A DNA stretch of 64,000 nucleotides from Tubiluchus corallicola (taxonomy: Eukaryota; Animalia; Priapulida): the NCBI GenBank assembly GCA_030141605.1, contig JAQGDQ010002377.1:372001-436000 (forward strand), in the 5' to 3' direction. The notes under the pieces are model-generated. The model did not search any database. It saw nothing but the letters and a program-made list of their open reading frames with translations, and was not told the origin of the DNA. Shown piece by piece: positions 13,677 to 28,400 of the stretch (position 1 is the stretch's first letter; every line of letters starts with the position of its first letter). A program made the translations under genes and the position numbers.

Positions 13677-14626
13677 GTATCTGTGACAAATGTTCAAAGA
13701 TTTTTAACAGTAATACACACTTAAAACTACATGTAATTTAAAGTCAACACTATTTATTCAGCATTCAGATTTCTCTCCACAACAGGACAAATTTATCTGT
13801 ACTCTAACACATAATATTACTTCATAACAGTTACATATGACTTAAAAAGCAATATATACATGATATTTAGTTCATAAGAAGAAATATACACAACTCTAAA
13901 GCAACGTTAATGAAAAAAACTTCAAGTTTGGAGTGACCTCTGTGTAACAGTTAAACAAAGTAGGGACAGCAATACACAATTTTTTGGATTGCAAATAACA
14001 GAGATTCGCACATGCAGTTTTTCAGTCCACAAAGAGTGGTTCCACAGACCGATGCCATGTGATTCAACCGCCACTGAGTGGATCTGGTATAAAAAATCAA
14101 TAATTCTTGCAGCTGAAATGCATTGATTTTAATTTTATTAAGTCCTTTGTGTTCACCATACCATTTTTTCGGGGGGTATGACGATAGCAGATGAGCAAAT
14201 AACGTGCAAGTTTTTGGTGGAAAACTTTTGATTTTCGGCTAACTCATACCCAATATGAAATTCTGAGAAAAATCAGTGTTACGTAAACATATGTAATCAT
14301 ACTAACCATACTTCTCATCATTAATTCACAGCAATATTTCAGGTGTCGGACATAGAACTTAAACAAGATAGAGATACTGCACACATAGTTGCAATACTAC
14401 TTACACAAGTTAAACAAGATTGGCTGTAAATTGATAAAAACACTTTTGTTTGAGCTTAGGGCTTCCAAGCTCACAATTGGTCAGAAAAAATTCTACATTT
14501 GATATATACCACATTTTAAAAATAATTATTTATGGTCCTTTGAAACTTAAGGTATGTTGAATATTTGCAAGACATATTTACCAATAATGAATTAAAGTTT
14601 TTACAAAGTAGTATAAACAGTTCTAT

Positions 14627-17600
14627 CTACTTCTTATATTCTATCCGTTCCACCTTTACTTCATCACCAATGAGTTGATACACGTAAGTGACAACAGTCG
14701 AAGCTTGTATATCCATTAAAACAAATGACGGTGTTACTGTACTGAAATACAAATATAACTATAATAGATATTTGTAAAATTTGTATGACTAAAGAAGTTA
14801 AATAAAATAGAGACAAAAAAAATTTTAGTGAAAGCCATTTGTAAGAACGGCAACACTTATGCAGCTAAGAAGACGATGTAAATCTTCTTTCAAGTTATTC
14901 TGCAGTGAACACTGACAAACTTTATGCATTCTTAAGGGTTTTAAGTAGCTTAATTTTTTGAAACGACCGGAAATCTAAATTCAACAGCTACCAAAAAATT
15001 CATTCGACTTTCTCTTGTTACAAGGTCACAAACATACATGCGAAGTTACATATAATTTTGTACTAGCATGATTTTCGGCTCTCTTTTCGTGAATTTTAGG
15101 CTTTTTTTCCTCAGGCATAAATTGCCTTTTCAAATCGTGCGACGACTTTTGTGATACTTATGCAACAGGGCATCAAAATGTTGAAAAATAGTAGCAAAGT
15201 CGACGTAGCATTCTCACAAGCATCTCAAAATGTTCTCCAAGTTTTCGCAAATTTTGAAAGAGTTGGCAAATGTCATAAATAATTGGCGACATATATACAC
15301 AGGTTTGGAGCATGACCAGACAAAATAACGACACTTTGGAGAAATTTTGGAAAGGTGGAAAGTTTTGCAACTCAGTAACAAACCTTAAACATTTTAAAAA
15401 ATCCTACCAAATTGCCTACGACCTTTTGGAGACATTAGCATGTTTGGCGACCATGTGGGAACTTTTGGCACTTCTGTTCAGTGACTGTTGGACTTAGAAA
15501 TTTTCGGACAGTCGCCAAAGTTGCGAAAACTGTGAAACCTAGGCTTCAACAAAATAAAATTAGTTACCTATCCGAGGGATTATATGCTCCTGTGGCAGTA
15601 CCGGGGTTGATATAAAATTTGCCTTCATGTTCAAATGCCTCGAACTTGTGGGTGTGTCCGCTAATTAAAATATCAACGTCAAGCTGTCTCTGTAAGAAAA
15701 TTGATAATTAATATGGAAGTTCACAACGAATGGAACAAATGACAAGGTAAATAACTGCTACAGTTTAAAATGTTACTAGAAAGTCGTAAATTATTTCTTT
15801 CAGTAAAAGCGTACTATAGTTATACATGCAAGTCATTTTGTACACTTACTTTTATTAATGCTCGAGTATTCTTCAAAATATTAATAAGCCAATTAATTTG
15901 TTAACCAATTAATTAATCTAAGCAAGTAACTAATTAAAAAATTAGTGCTTTGTATTTAAAATTTTTGCAAAACCCACATTCTAACGATTACGATAGCATT
16001 AAGCACATTGCTAAGTATTCAAAACACGAATGTTTGAAAATCAAAAGTACATCATTTATATACAATGTACTTTGCAATGTACAAATATATCTGTTGTACT
16101 GGACTTTTTCTATCATCATTATTACAGTTTTCTAGAAATATCTACCTTGGCTATTTTAAGTGTTTTCTGATGCCATCAGGGCTAATTCATTCAATCAAGA
16201 ATCGATCTGACCAAAATTAAAACCTCATTGCTTTCCAAATAATAGGCTGATGCTATCACAAGTGATAGACTAGTAACATATGCACTATATGCAGAAACAA
16301 AGTTTGTACAGAAGCCTACATATGTAGATCACTACTATGTATAATGCACATTTTGGGTGTAGTATCAGGAACTACTTTAACTATAAATCTTAACAACCTT
16401 TGCAGCATATGCAGTTGTCCTCTTCTCTTCAGTGTATTATAAAATAATGTAATAAGGGCTTGAAAGATGCTATACCTACCAGGACAATATGTCACTCAAT
16501 TTCTTAGTGCGTAGAATATCTTAAATTGCAATTAGCCTTTTCACAGTTTCAGCGATTGATGAAGATTGTGAAACAGTCAAAGGGTAAGTGAACCTAACAA
16601 AGTTATCTGAACCAAACAACGCATTTGCTTACACTTGACAACACCTTGAGGCCCATGCTGTTGTAGCAGCAGTTCTTGGCATCAATATTTGTTTCCCTTA
16701 TTTCATTAAACATGGATTGTTGCTGCTATTTTGTTAGGTGTTTTCATATAAGAATAAAATGCTAGTTTAAAACTATACACGTGTAGTATATAATAAAAAT
16801 AACCATGTATTTCACCAGTTTCACCTACATATTGACACATGCATAAGGTCATGTGACCGTTGCAGTTAAGTAAGATGCTCTGGGTCCAGTTAACTTTTGA
16901 TGTACAGTAACTGGGTGCGCACATAGCGAAACAGTGAAAAGGCTTATTGCCATGAACTAATTGATATGTAGCCGGGTTTGAGGTTAGAGGTGCTTGAAGC
17001 CCAAACCTTGATCAGGTTCCTCTCAATGACTTCAGATGTGGTGTGGTAGTGTGCGGTGTGGATAAGGTGTGTGGCTCAACGAGTTTGCAGTTGTTTTGAT
17101 TCAATTACATTGAAAACCACTTAACTAGTATCATAATTGTATTGTTGTTATAATTATGAACAGCAATTTATTATTTCAAAAATACCGAATGCATTGACTC
17201 ATCAGTTCTTTAAGCAGATGATCCAGAAACATCATTTTTCTGCTCCTTGAAAACGGGTCCCTAACAACTAAATTAACACCAAGCCAGGAATAAACAAACA
17301 AATGAAATGAATATAATTTTGGGTATAAATTTTAGTTTTATTCCTACCTGAATTATTGCTAAACTTTCTGTATCACCCCACGGCACGACTTGATGTCCAT
17401 GACAGAGGCCAATCCTAAACTGACCTACAGTCACCACTTTCTGTTCAGGATAATTCAAATTCTGAAAAAAGATATTCGTCAAATTGTCACTATAGCTGGT
17501 TAAATAGTAATGACTTAGAGACTCTGAGATTAGAATATATAGATAATAAAACAGTACAGAAGACAGTAAAATAATGTTAGGCAAAAAGCTATACTGTTTG

Positions 17601-18228
17601 TTAATTCGCATCGTAAATTTCGAACATACCTCGTCAAAATCACCTCGTACTACATGAACATCACTAGCAAGTGTTTTCAAGTAATCAAAAGACTCCTTTG
17701 TGCACAGATTACCCGTGCAAAGAATGTGCTGAATCTTTCCAGGAACTAGTAGTTTCTTGAACTTTTGAGGTAGACTGTTGCATCGATGTGGAATGTGCAG
17801 GTCTCCTAATACCAACACCAACTGAAATGTTAAAAACACATTTTGCACCAGTAATAATAATAATTATCATGTACTAATTATTATAATATTAATAATAATT
17901 ATTATGTAAGAAGAATAGTGGTACTGTTCTTCTGATCAAAAAAGAACTCACTGCACACAAGTTCATCTGGAAAGTATTGACTCTGTGTGAATGTACTTAA
18001 ATTACATCACAGATAAAACTGAGAACTTGAGTGATTTACCATCTTAGTGGTGCTAACGGTAAATAACATCTGTGGCTAATCTCAAGATTTTTATGTATCA
18101 CTACTAGCTGGTGCTAAAAAAGGCCGCGGGCGATAGTACTTTTAATATAATTTTTTTAGAAAATAAGGCACATGTGAACAAAATATAATTAAAACAGGCG
18201 AATTATCTAACTAAAATAAACTCACCAT
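14627..18228 (-). CDS. VPS29: Vacuolar protein sorting 29 (retromer subunit), 181 aa. Exons 18226-18228, 17630-17821, 17348-17461, 15568-15689, 14627-14741
   Basis: Spliced product [41 protein letters not shown]...[20 protein letters not shown]...[30 protein letters not shown]...[34 protein letters not shown] is near-identical to animal VPS29. All introns are GT-AG, phases are consistent, total 546 nt. Confidence 0.97.
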
Positions 18229-19498
18229 AATTAAAAACGTTATAACGTTCAGTCGGTAGAGAACACGTTATGCTGTATGAAAACACCCACGTCTAACGTA
18301 ACAGTGTTGCCGTCAAAATATCGTTTTCTCGCCAAATCATAACTAAAACGTCGCCAAGTTTGGCCAAAATTTGGCCAAAATTTTAAACAATCATAAAAAC
18401 TTTCAATATAAAAAACAACATATTAATTTCTTCGTGTCTTTTTCTGCGTAATATTTGTGCAGACTGCGTTACAAAAAATAATGAAATAGTTAAATAAAAA
18501 AAATTGATAAAAGACAGACGTGCTGTATATACCTATTGAAGCTGCAGCAAAATTAAATATTGAAAGAATACTGACTTCAATATTAATTGATTATTAACAT
18601 TTTCATTCATTGAATTTCTATTTCGAACGGAAATATTCATAAATTATTTCTATTAAAACACTTGGATTGCAACAACTTAACTGTTTTACAGCAGATATAT
18701 AATATAGCTGGTGTATCCTGTATGTCAACGACAGTGAACATCTCATCTGATGTCGGAATGATTTATGTAGTAAACGATCCAAATCTAGATGCCAACTTTT
18801 CTGTTTGAGAATTAACTGAAACTATAAATAGATTATTTTAGAGTCTGTACTATATTTATTGCCCCCAGTAGGCATCGTTCAATATGCAATAGCATACATT
18901 CCTAAAGTGAATCGTAATTATGTGTAACAGAGTTCTAAAATTAAGGTAGATAGGTTGCACTAGATTATTAATGTTCTGTGTCTATCTGACAGATAGTGTA
19001 GACACAAAGGAAACAACAATTGAGTTGCATTACTTTTTTATTCGTACTGAATTGTTATACAATTGAGCCAAAGTAAAATTTATTTCACTCTAACTTAGTC
19101 GAACTCAAGTTTCGAATAGCTTCTTTCTCAAAATGTATTATAGCCTTAACCTCCTAACTCTAGCAATTAATAAAAATCAATAGAATCGAACAATCAATTA
19201 AATAGCGCTAAAAGAGGCTAATTACCTAATATTACCTACTTGGCAATACTTGAAGAAAGTTGTGAAATTGAACTATAGATGGCGCAAACGTTGCAAACAC
19301 AGAGCTCATTGCTCACTGGGTACAGTACGATTATCGTACACTTTATTGATTTAGAAATTTGTCAGTGTATGTCTTTACGTCGTGTCTTGTTGTCAATAAT
19401 TACATCGTTTTCTTGTGTACTTTAGCAAAAGTTTTATGTAATTAATCCATTATCTGGGATCTTCTGGTGTTGTGTGTATCTTGCTGTATGCGACAAAA
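18229..19498. promoter_or_regulatory. Divergent promoter/5' UTR region between VPS29 and the SEC14L2-like gene
   Basis: The start codons are 1.27 kb apart head-to-head. A TAGATGGCGC motif lies near 19276, and GTTGCC (18305) and GGCAAT (19242) half-sites are present. Confidence 0.55.
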
Positions 19499-22400
19499 AT
19501 GAGTGGTTATTTTGGGGACTTAAGTCCTACTCAATCTGAAACTTTAGCGGAGGTATTCGTTCAATTTTTCTTTTTCAGTGCACGATTATTAATTTACACC
19601 GCCAGGTAGATACTATCAGTTATTATTTTACACCGCCAGGTGTTTGTAAATTATGTAGCTATCGCGCGGACGCTACAATATTGTCAATAATTATGTTTTA
19701 GGCTACAGTTCTATGTGGTATTGGTGCTAACACCTAGTAATAGCGGTTTATGGGATGTGTGTGTGTTTCACATTATACAATTCGTCATTTGGTTCGCCAA
19801 GTAGCTGAAAATATAATTTATTTTAAAATGTTCCGTAAAACATTAACTAATTTAAGAAATTAATTAAAATGCCAAAAATAAGCTACTGTCTAGCAGTATA
19901 TAAGAAAGTCTGACCTTGGTAGAGAGGTGTGGGCAATATGATTGTCAACACGTAAAACACTTTTTAGAGAATTTGCATTTAAACTTGAAATTCGCTAATA
20001 TAGAAAGTGTCGTCTAATTTGTCAATCATTATGTCAATCATTTTCGTTGACTGTCCAATCAGCGTGCAAGTTATTTCACGCACCTGCAGAGCTTAATTAA
20101 CGCAGGTACGTTCAGGACATTTAACCACAGCACTGTCTAACACTGTTATGAAAAATGCTCAACTTTTCATTAAGTGGGAGAAATATTGGCCTGGTTCTAA
20201 GTGTTATTATTGTCAATTGAAATTGCAAGTGAATTAGTGGAAATATATAGTCTAGTTTCATTTATAGGAAGAAATGCACAACGCTTACGTCTGTGAGTTG
20301 TTGATTAAATCATTTTGCAATGAAGAAAATATGCAGTTTAGTTTAGTTTATGGCTTTGCAAGTTAGATAAAAACAACTATTTGATTAACTATAAATAAAG
20401 GCAAAACAAAATGTTCTCTTTTCTGGCCAGTTTTTATAAACCTCAATGAGATCGTCACACTCAAAATTAATTTAAATGTGGTCAAAACCTATATTATACA
20501 TCAATGTAATATTAGTTAATTTTACGCTATTTTTCTGGTTGTAATCATGGTTAAAAGATGCCATTGGGACTCATGTAACTCGGACATTCAATATAAGGGT
20601 CGTCGATGGAATGGAATAATCAAATTTATTCTATTTCTGTAGCCTAACAAACGGAAAAATACAAAAACTGAATAAATCTTGCAGATGAGCACATGATCAG
20701 TTAATATAGAAAAATACATCGCAGGCATGATGGTATTCAAAGGCAAGAGAGACTTTTAATATTTTTGTTGCTCATTTATTTTAAAGCCATGCTAGCTGGC
20801 TTAGTCTCTTTATTATACTTATGTCTCTGTGTTTTGTAGTGCTTTAGAACTTCGTCTCTACATTCTGTTTAAATTTAAAAGTCATTTCCTTGGCTACTTG
20901 AAGTGTTAATTTTGTGTTAAAATAGCTGCTGCTTTGCAAATTTGTGTTTATGAAAAAGAGCAATCAGTTTATCTGCTGATTAGACATTAGTTGTGACTGT
21001 CACGTTGTTCAGGTCAGTTTAGTTTAGTTTAGACAGTTGTTATCCAGCGTGAGCTGTTTTTCCAAATGCCGCTGAGCGTGCTTACGTTACAGCGGAGGCA
21101 GAGCGATAGACCAATATGTTTGACGTCAATTGTGAAGGTGTACCGATTGTCCTACTATAGCGAGATGTTGTGAAAATATTTTGCATAGCGAGAAATATAG
21201 TAAGTTCTCGCTTAACAACCACTAATTTGGATTAATGTGTTCCAGTAAAAACACGAAGTTAGGCAAAACGTCTTTAAATGATGCATATCTTCTATAGAAA
21301 GTAATGTAAAAGTGTTGAGATATATTCAATGGAGAAAATTAATGAGGCTTAACTCAGGTAAGTTAAACGTTTTGAGTTTTATGAGTTTTTGACTTTTCTG
21401 AAAATTTTCATAAAGACGCTAGTTGCTATAGCTACAGGTTGTAGGCAGAATTCCTGTGCATAAAGTTTCACACAGGTGCCTGGAGACGTAACTGTAGGTA
21501 AAAATGGTTTTAACATTTGGCAGCGTGTTGGGAAGCAAAAGCAAATAATATTGTGCTATTGTACTTTACTAGCTGTGTTTTAGAATAAAGATTTAAAAGT
21601 TTTAGATTTAAAACTACAAAGTTGATATGATGCACATCTATGACATTATTTGATACTTTTCACCTTCTTTGGCTTTTATGGATTTTTTAGATGCCTCTAT
21701 TTTTGTGCTCGATTTTCATTTAGTTAGTGTATTTTCTTATCATAACAGCACTTGCTTATGCCACTGGCATAAATTTGGAGTTTAACCTTTTAGTCTGTGC
21801 TGCTGTGTCAACAAATCAGTTGCTATTAATTTGCATTGACATTCTTAATCTTGATCGGGAGATACTGATGGTGTCTGAAAGTGCGAAAATCTTGCATGTG
21901 ATTATGACCAAAGATCAACAAGTTCTTCTTTGACGTTCTTAAGCTGCTAACAGCCTAAATACATGACACAGGAAGTGGTTTAGAACAATGCATGTGTTTG
22001 AATTGTCATTGCAAATATATTTACAAACAGTAGTACCACAGTTGCATAATAGCATTATAACTTTTATAATTTTCATTACAGTAGAGATTTTAATAACAAA
22101 TAATGATGAAAAATTTCCTGAAATGCAAAATATATGCAGGTAAATGATGAGGGAAATGTGGTTACTAATCGTATGACGAGCATTAGGTGATTCATGTGTC
22201 AAATTATCAGTTACTCTAAGAGATAATCAAATCTAAAGCGTAACTTTGTTTTTGTGTTGGAAAAGCAACATGTTGTGATAAACCAAAAGAATCTTTAAAA
22301 AAATACAAAGGTAGCAGCAGTTTTGCCATTTGTACAATCAACATGAAAGTTAAAATTGCCCACTATTAAAGGTCTGCACTAGCTTTATGAAGAAGGTGGG

Positions 22401-25400
22401 AAAACTCGTCAAAAATCAGAGTAGGTGAATATCTGGTATAAGTTAGATGTCCATAATCTAGATACAATCAGTAATCAGCACAGATATATTTTTACACATC
22501 ACAAGTGCTTCCAAATATGCAATGACTTGACCTTTGTTCTCAGAAAAGCTTTATCTGGTGTTAACGTTGAAAGATTGTGGAGTGCAAAAATGCATTACTC
22601 TGTAAACTGTAAAATTGTTCACAGGTCGATACAAAGTGGTCTCTAAAGCGTGGTCATCTTATCGTCACATTTATCTTTGAAAACTACTGGAGGCCACAGT
22701 TTACACTGTAGGAGGCTGAAGTTTGCACGAAGTTGGTGCGGACCATTGTGCAGAGCCCGATTTTTCAATTTTGAGGATTCTCTCAAATAAATGGTTCTTT
22801 TTAACGTTATTACGTCGTTGGGTTTTTTTCGTAAATGGATCTCCTTCAACACTGTTATTAATTTTTTTGTGAAAAACTGATTCCACGGTAACCATAAATG
22901 CTTTCTATGATTTTTTTATTGTAGCTATCAAATTTTACGAGAAGTAACTTTTGTTTTTCCTTTGACACGGAATTAGTTTTTTAGTGGTATAATATTATTG
23001 TTATATATCATTGTGGATAACTATGGAAAACACTAGAAATAGACTCTTGTTAGGGGGGGGGGGGAGTTGAGCAATTAATATTTGTGTTAAAAAACTAAAC
23101 ATGTGCCTACGTATCCAGATAACTGCACAAAGAAAGTATCTGCTTTCACATATAGGAATGTTCAAAGTATAATAATGTAAACATACATTTTTAGTTTCAG
23201 CAATTTAGTCTAAACGTTTCATGCGTGCCGGTATCATTAAGCTTTAATTTGTGTTTTTCTGAGATCTTGAATAGGAGGCTTGATTTTCCACTAAAGCCCC
23301 AGTTTTCCAAGTTTCTTCAGTTACGTATGGGCTACTCTAAACTTAACTATACCATCTTCATAAAATTGGAGGCGCTAATTCTTCACTCTGTGAGTGTGGT
23401 TTAGTGAATTCTAGCTTTAGTGAACATTTTTTGTCCGAGTGTGTGCTTTATTCTAATCAAAGGGATATACTGTTATACAACATTGCCAGGCATACTGGCT
23501 TGTCTAATTTCAAGCTAGTAGATATATTGTCAGATATAGAAGATGCTGACCCAAGAGATTTTGATTTTGAAGCGATAATTGAAGGTCTTGTTTTATAGAC
23601 AGCACTGAACGTTTAAGCAAACGGACACCATTTCAGTGTTAGAGTCACATTGCCATGTACTCCTTTTTCAGTTTTTGTGAGGAAATTTTCCCTTTTGATA
23701 AATAGCTCCTATTGTGTTGATTGAAACATCTGCGTGAACATTTCGTCCACAGATTTTGATGTGGAGAAAAAGCTTTATATAAGAAGCTACCTGTTATTCT
23801 TTTTTCAGTTTAAAACTCAAGTAAGGGATATAGCAAGGCCAGAATGGGATGACTACTATTACCTTCGATGGCTGAGAGGTATGCTAATAATTAACGAATA
23901 CCAATAATAGATGACATCACTTTTATTAGTTTCACATCCTGAGTTTAAAATTAAAATAAACTTTGTTTTATACAAATCGTGGTTGAAGAATCCTTAGAAG
24001 AATTAGTTAGAATATGTATAAATGAAAAAGTTATTTCTCCCATTGACCATCATTTTGCTACCTTATGAAAGTTTGTGATTTGACTGGCAGTGGTTTTGTC
24101 TATTATGACTGACACGTTACCCGCTAACTAATATCGATAATTAGGTTTTAGTGAAACTGATGTACCTTTGCTATATTCAGGTATCTATTTGACGAAAATG
24201 ACTGACGAAATGACATCAAAAAATGTTGTCCATAATTTGTCCATTGATCCCTTTAGTTGTAAAAAACTCATTTAATTATCATTAAATCCACTTCAAAATT
24301 TCTATTTCAGCACGAGACTTTGAACTGAAGAAATCGGAGTTGATGCTTAGAAATGTAAGAATTCCACTTTTTAATATGGTGTCTGAAGATTGTAATGACA
24401 CACATTTAATTCTTAATGATAGGTAGATAAAACCACCCTAAAAGCAGCCAAGGTTTTAATAATTATATACACGATGTACCTGCTTAGTTTATATTATCTT
24501 ATAGAAATGTAAACATGTTTCAAAGGTTTTGGACCTACAACCAAAGATTAAGATTAAAATTGTTTATTTATCAGCTTTAAGTTTGACAGTGCATAATAAA
24601 CAAAACAGTAATTTTGACAATTTTACATACTAATCAGTATTTGCTAGTAGCTTACTTCATGTTAAAATTAAAGTTAATCATATGGAGAAAGGGTGGTGAA
24701 CAACCACACAGTCAACTAAGTCAGCCACCCCAAAGTCGGCCTTATTTTGTAATGTACTGGTAATATGGTGTATGAAATGGCATTTCATAATATTGTTTAT
24801 GTGTTTGTAACAATAGAAAATTGCACTACCATTAGTAGCTTTGTGATATACATTAACAACACACAGTATGCATTATCTGTCTAACTTATATGTAATAAAC
24901 ATTCAGCTTTCCTTTGTAGGATGTCATTTGGCGAAAGCAGATTAATGCTGACAAACTATTGGAAGAATACAAAGTTCCAGAGGTACTGATCTTTGGGCAT
25001 TGATAAATATCTTACATAATTTTCATATCATTTCTCTTGCTAACTGCAAAGACTGGGCCTTAATGCAGCATTACTGTGTGTGTAAGAAAAATGTATTATG
25101 GTCTGTGAATAGAAATTCTAATTTTTTTAAAATGTTGTTTTCTAGATAAACAGTCATTAAGGGTGCTGTGTTACTCTGAGTGGTTTAACGTTTGTTCCTT
25201 AAATTTATTAAAGTTATCCGTGTATTACTTGATCGTTAATGATTGATAGTACCATAAGTATTATGACATAGCTTTCCATTTACTCTTCCACGTGTTATAC
25301 ATTACTATTTACAATGTTGCAATAATTGCTAAGCTTTACATCAAGTGGACTTAGGGGATTAGCTATCGCTGCTTGTGTTTTCTCAGGTACAAAACATAAA

Positions 25401-28400
25401 TTAGGACATAGAGGATAATGCAAATGCCAAGCTCGCTTAACACCCAAATTTTTAGCAAAACAAAATATCCGTATTTGCATAGACACATATGTATCAATCA
25501 ACTCATTAGAATATCGGATTCGCTATTATGCCAACTTTTTTTTAGTCCCAAATAAGGTGTAAAGATTTCTGAACGTATATGTTTCTGCTCAATAAATAAC
25601 GGTATAATGCTTCTGAATTACCAGTAAACTATGACCAGTCAGCAACGTCATCCGTATTTCGATAACGGACATGTGCAAATGCAACCCAAGTCGAGCTGAT
25701 GCTCATATGCTGGCAACTTGAAGTGTAGGGCAAATAACCATGAATAGTTTTGCTTTGAGTTGACAAGCAACCATTAAATGTGCAGCATTTTGCTGAGGAA
25801 TTAGTATTTCTTTTGCTAAAGATCTAAGAGAACAAAAAAAAGTTGCTGCTTGAAAAGTTACTCCACTTTTCATTTTACTATAAGTTTAAGTTACAACACG
25901 ATCACATTCTACTGTGAGTTGATTGCTTGTACAGTAGTGATGTGTCATGTGAGCAAGTTGCTTACGACTGTTCCTGCTTTCCGTAATAAAATTTCTCATA
26001 ACAAAATGGAGTGCCCATTCTTATGGTCTGCAGCAGCTACAAAATCAGAAGTGACAATCTCAATATTAATTTGCTGCCACACAAGTGAAGTTCAGTGGAT
26101 AAGATGTCACTTAAGCGACAAAATCTTTAACTTGTGAAAAAAGCGTAAAAGTTATTATATGAGTAGTTTAAATTTTGGGCTTTCTATTCGAAAGTATACC
26201 TGTGTCTAGTCAGATGCCATCACACGTAAATTCTTACCAAATTTATGAGGGATAATGGGATTACGTTATATGTGCCAAGGCGATCTTTGCAGATATCCTA
26301 ACATGCGCAATTATAAAATTATCGGTTCCAGCTGTCAGTCCTTCTGTCTCCATTTTTTCTTGGCTCTGGAGTAATGTTGGAAGTTGATACTTTGCACAGT
26401 GGTAGGGCAAGGTTCAAGCTTAGAGCTTGTAGATTTTGGGGTCATGTGGCACAAATATGAATTTTTTTACTCTTCACATTTATCGATGTTCTACAATATT
26501 ACCTATCACCCAGGTATATTTGATATATAAATTTTAGTGACATCAAAATTGATTTATGATTCATTAGCAACGCAGTCAGTAAAATATATTAAGCCCTTAC
26601 AATGGTGTCTACGTTTCTTCACAGTCATTACTATAATGTCTTTTGGATTAATATTACAATCCAATGCAGAAGATACATTTTAGTTAAAATAAATTTTGAA
26701 TCTGGATCTAGATTTAACGTGAAATATATTATGATTATGATACCATATTGTGATAGTGGCTGTACAGAGGTTTAGTACATTTTAAGTGGAGGCCACTATA
26801 CATGTCAATTGCAGTACCTAGCCTCGACGTACATTGATTTCATCGGGCAACTATGCCTATGTACTGAGACTCCAGCTAAAGATGCTGTTGTCTTAAATTT
26901 TGTAAAACGAATGTATTTGACAATTATTTTGCATTTCAATCACGAATGATGTCAATTCTCAACTTGTGTGTAGTTTCTGGAAAGCCTTGTTATATTTCTT
27001 GTGATAGGACATAGGAAACTAGAACTAATTTTTCCATTTAATTTGTCACTACAGTATAGTATAATATGATTATCAATGTAACATAGGGTAGCACCTGATT
27101 ATTGTTTTAAGCTGTGTGCATAGGCTAGTGATAAATCCATTTTTCAAGTATTTTTCTAAGTTGTGGGTACAAGGCTACAAGCACTTCGTTTGCTGAATAA
27201 ACTGTCATGTAAACAGTTTGGAATTTTAATATAAGAAAGTCGGATTGATTTCTTGATACAAAAATTAATGATTTCTGCAGGTTTTGCTAAAATACTCTCC
27301 AAAAGGAATATGCGGAGAAGATAGGGAAGGCCATCCTGTCATGTACTATTATTTTGATCTGGATCTAAAAGGTAAACGCAGGCATGTCCATTAGTTAATT
27401 GCATTGCTTTGTACTATTTTAATAGCTGCACAAATAAAGATGCATTAGCTGAAAGCTTGAGCTCAGTCTTGAAGTCCTGTTCGAATTCTTTCTTTGGCAT
27501 AGAGGAGTATGCCATAACTATTGTCATAATTAAGGATAACTGTCTCGGTCTAAATATGAGTTAATCCAATTATACAGTGTTGTGTTGTGCTATTACTGAT
27601 TGGATTGATTTTTTTCCTACTGCTGCTGAGTAAATTGTGATTTTGGGGTTTGTGTGTGCATGCGTGAATGAATGAATGAATGAGTGAATGAATGAACTAA
27701 AACTTGTTACTAGTTAAATTACTTTTAATATTTTAAGGTTTTTGAATGACTGAATTTATAAAGGAATTGAAATTTGTTATTGATCAAAGTATGTTTATGC
27801 TAGTACTGGATAATATGTGAAAAGTGACATAATATTATAATGTGTTTTGCATGAAATATACAGTCTGCTATAAGGAATCATTCTATATTTTAGTGGATGC
27901 ATTATATCAATTAGTTCATAATTTTGCATTTATCTTAGGCATGGTACACTCTGCTACTAGAAATGATGCACTAAAGTCCATGGCTCATGAACTTGAAAAA
28001 ATGTACAAAGCCATGGAAGCGCAATCAAAAAAGGTAGGTGTATATATGTTGGAATGAAAACATTTTGTAAAAAAATTCCCTGCAACATGTTGTATTTTTG
28101 TTTATACCTGCTAAGTAACCTCTTACTGAATATTCTAAACCATGTATAAGTCAGTTCTTTACCTTAATATGCCAAATGTTTTGTTTTTAAGAGTGTTAAG
28201 TATCAATAAGTGTTTTAAACATAATTAATATAATTGCTCACATATAAATTTTTATTGATAAAATTACTGTCAGTATGTGGAATATCTGAAATGACATTTG
28301 CCAACTACTTACTTTCGTTATTGCAAAGTCATACGTAACCTGTATCATATTCTTTGTTATATTTTTTTCTTAGCACGATAAGAAAATAGAGGGCATTACA

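Noticed and set aside
13440-13697. Poly-Ile and poly-Asn/Tyr ORFs
   Set aside because: Translation of the (TAA)n(TTA)n repeat.
17273-17848. 191-aa ORF as a single VPS29 exon
   Set aside because: It reads through the stop-free 168-nt intron 17462-17629, which has clear GT-AG ends; the spliced model matches VPS29.
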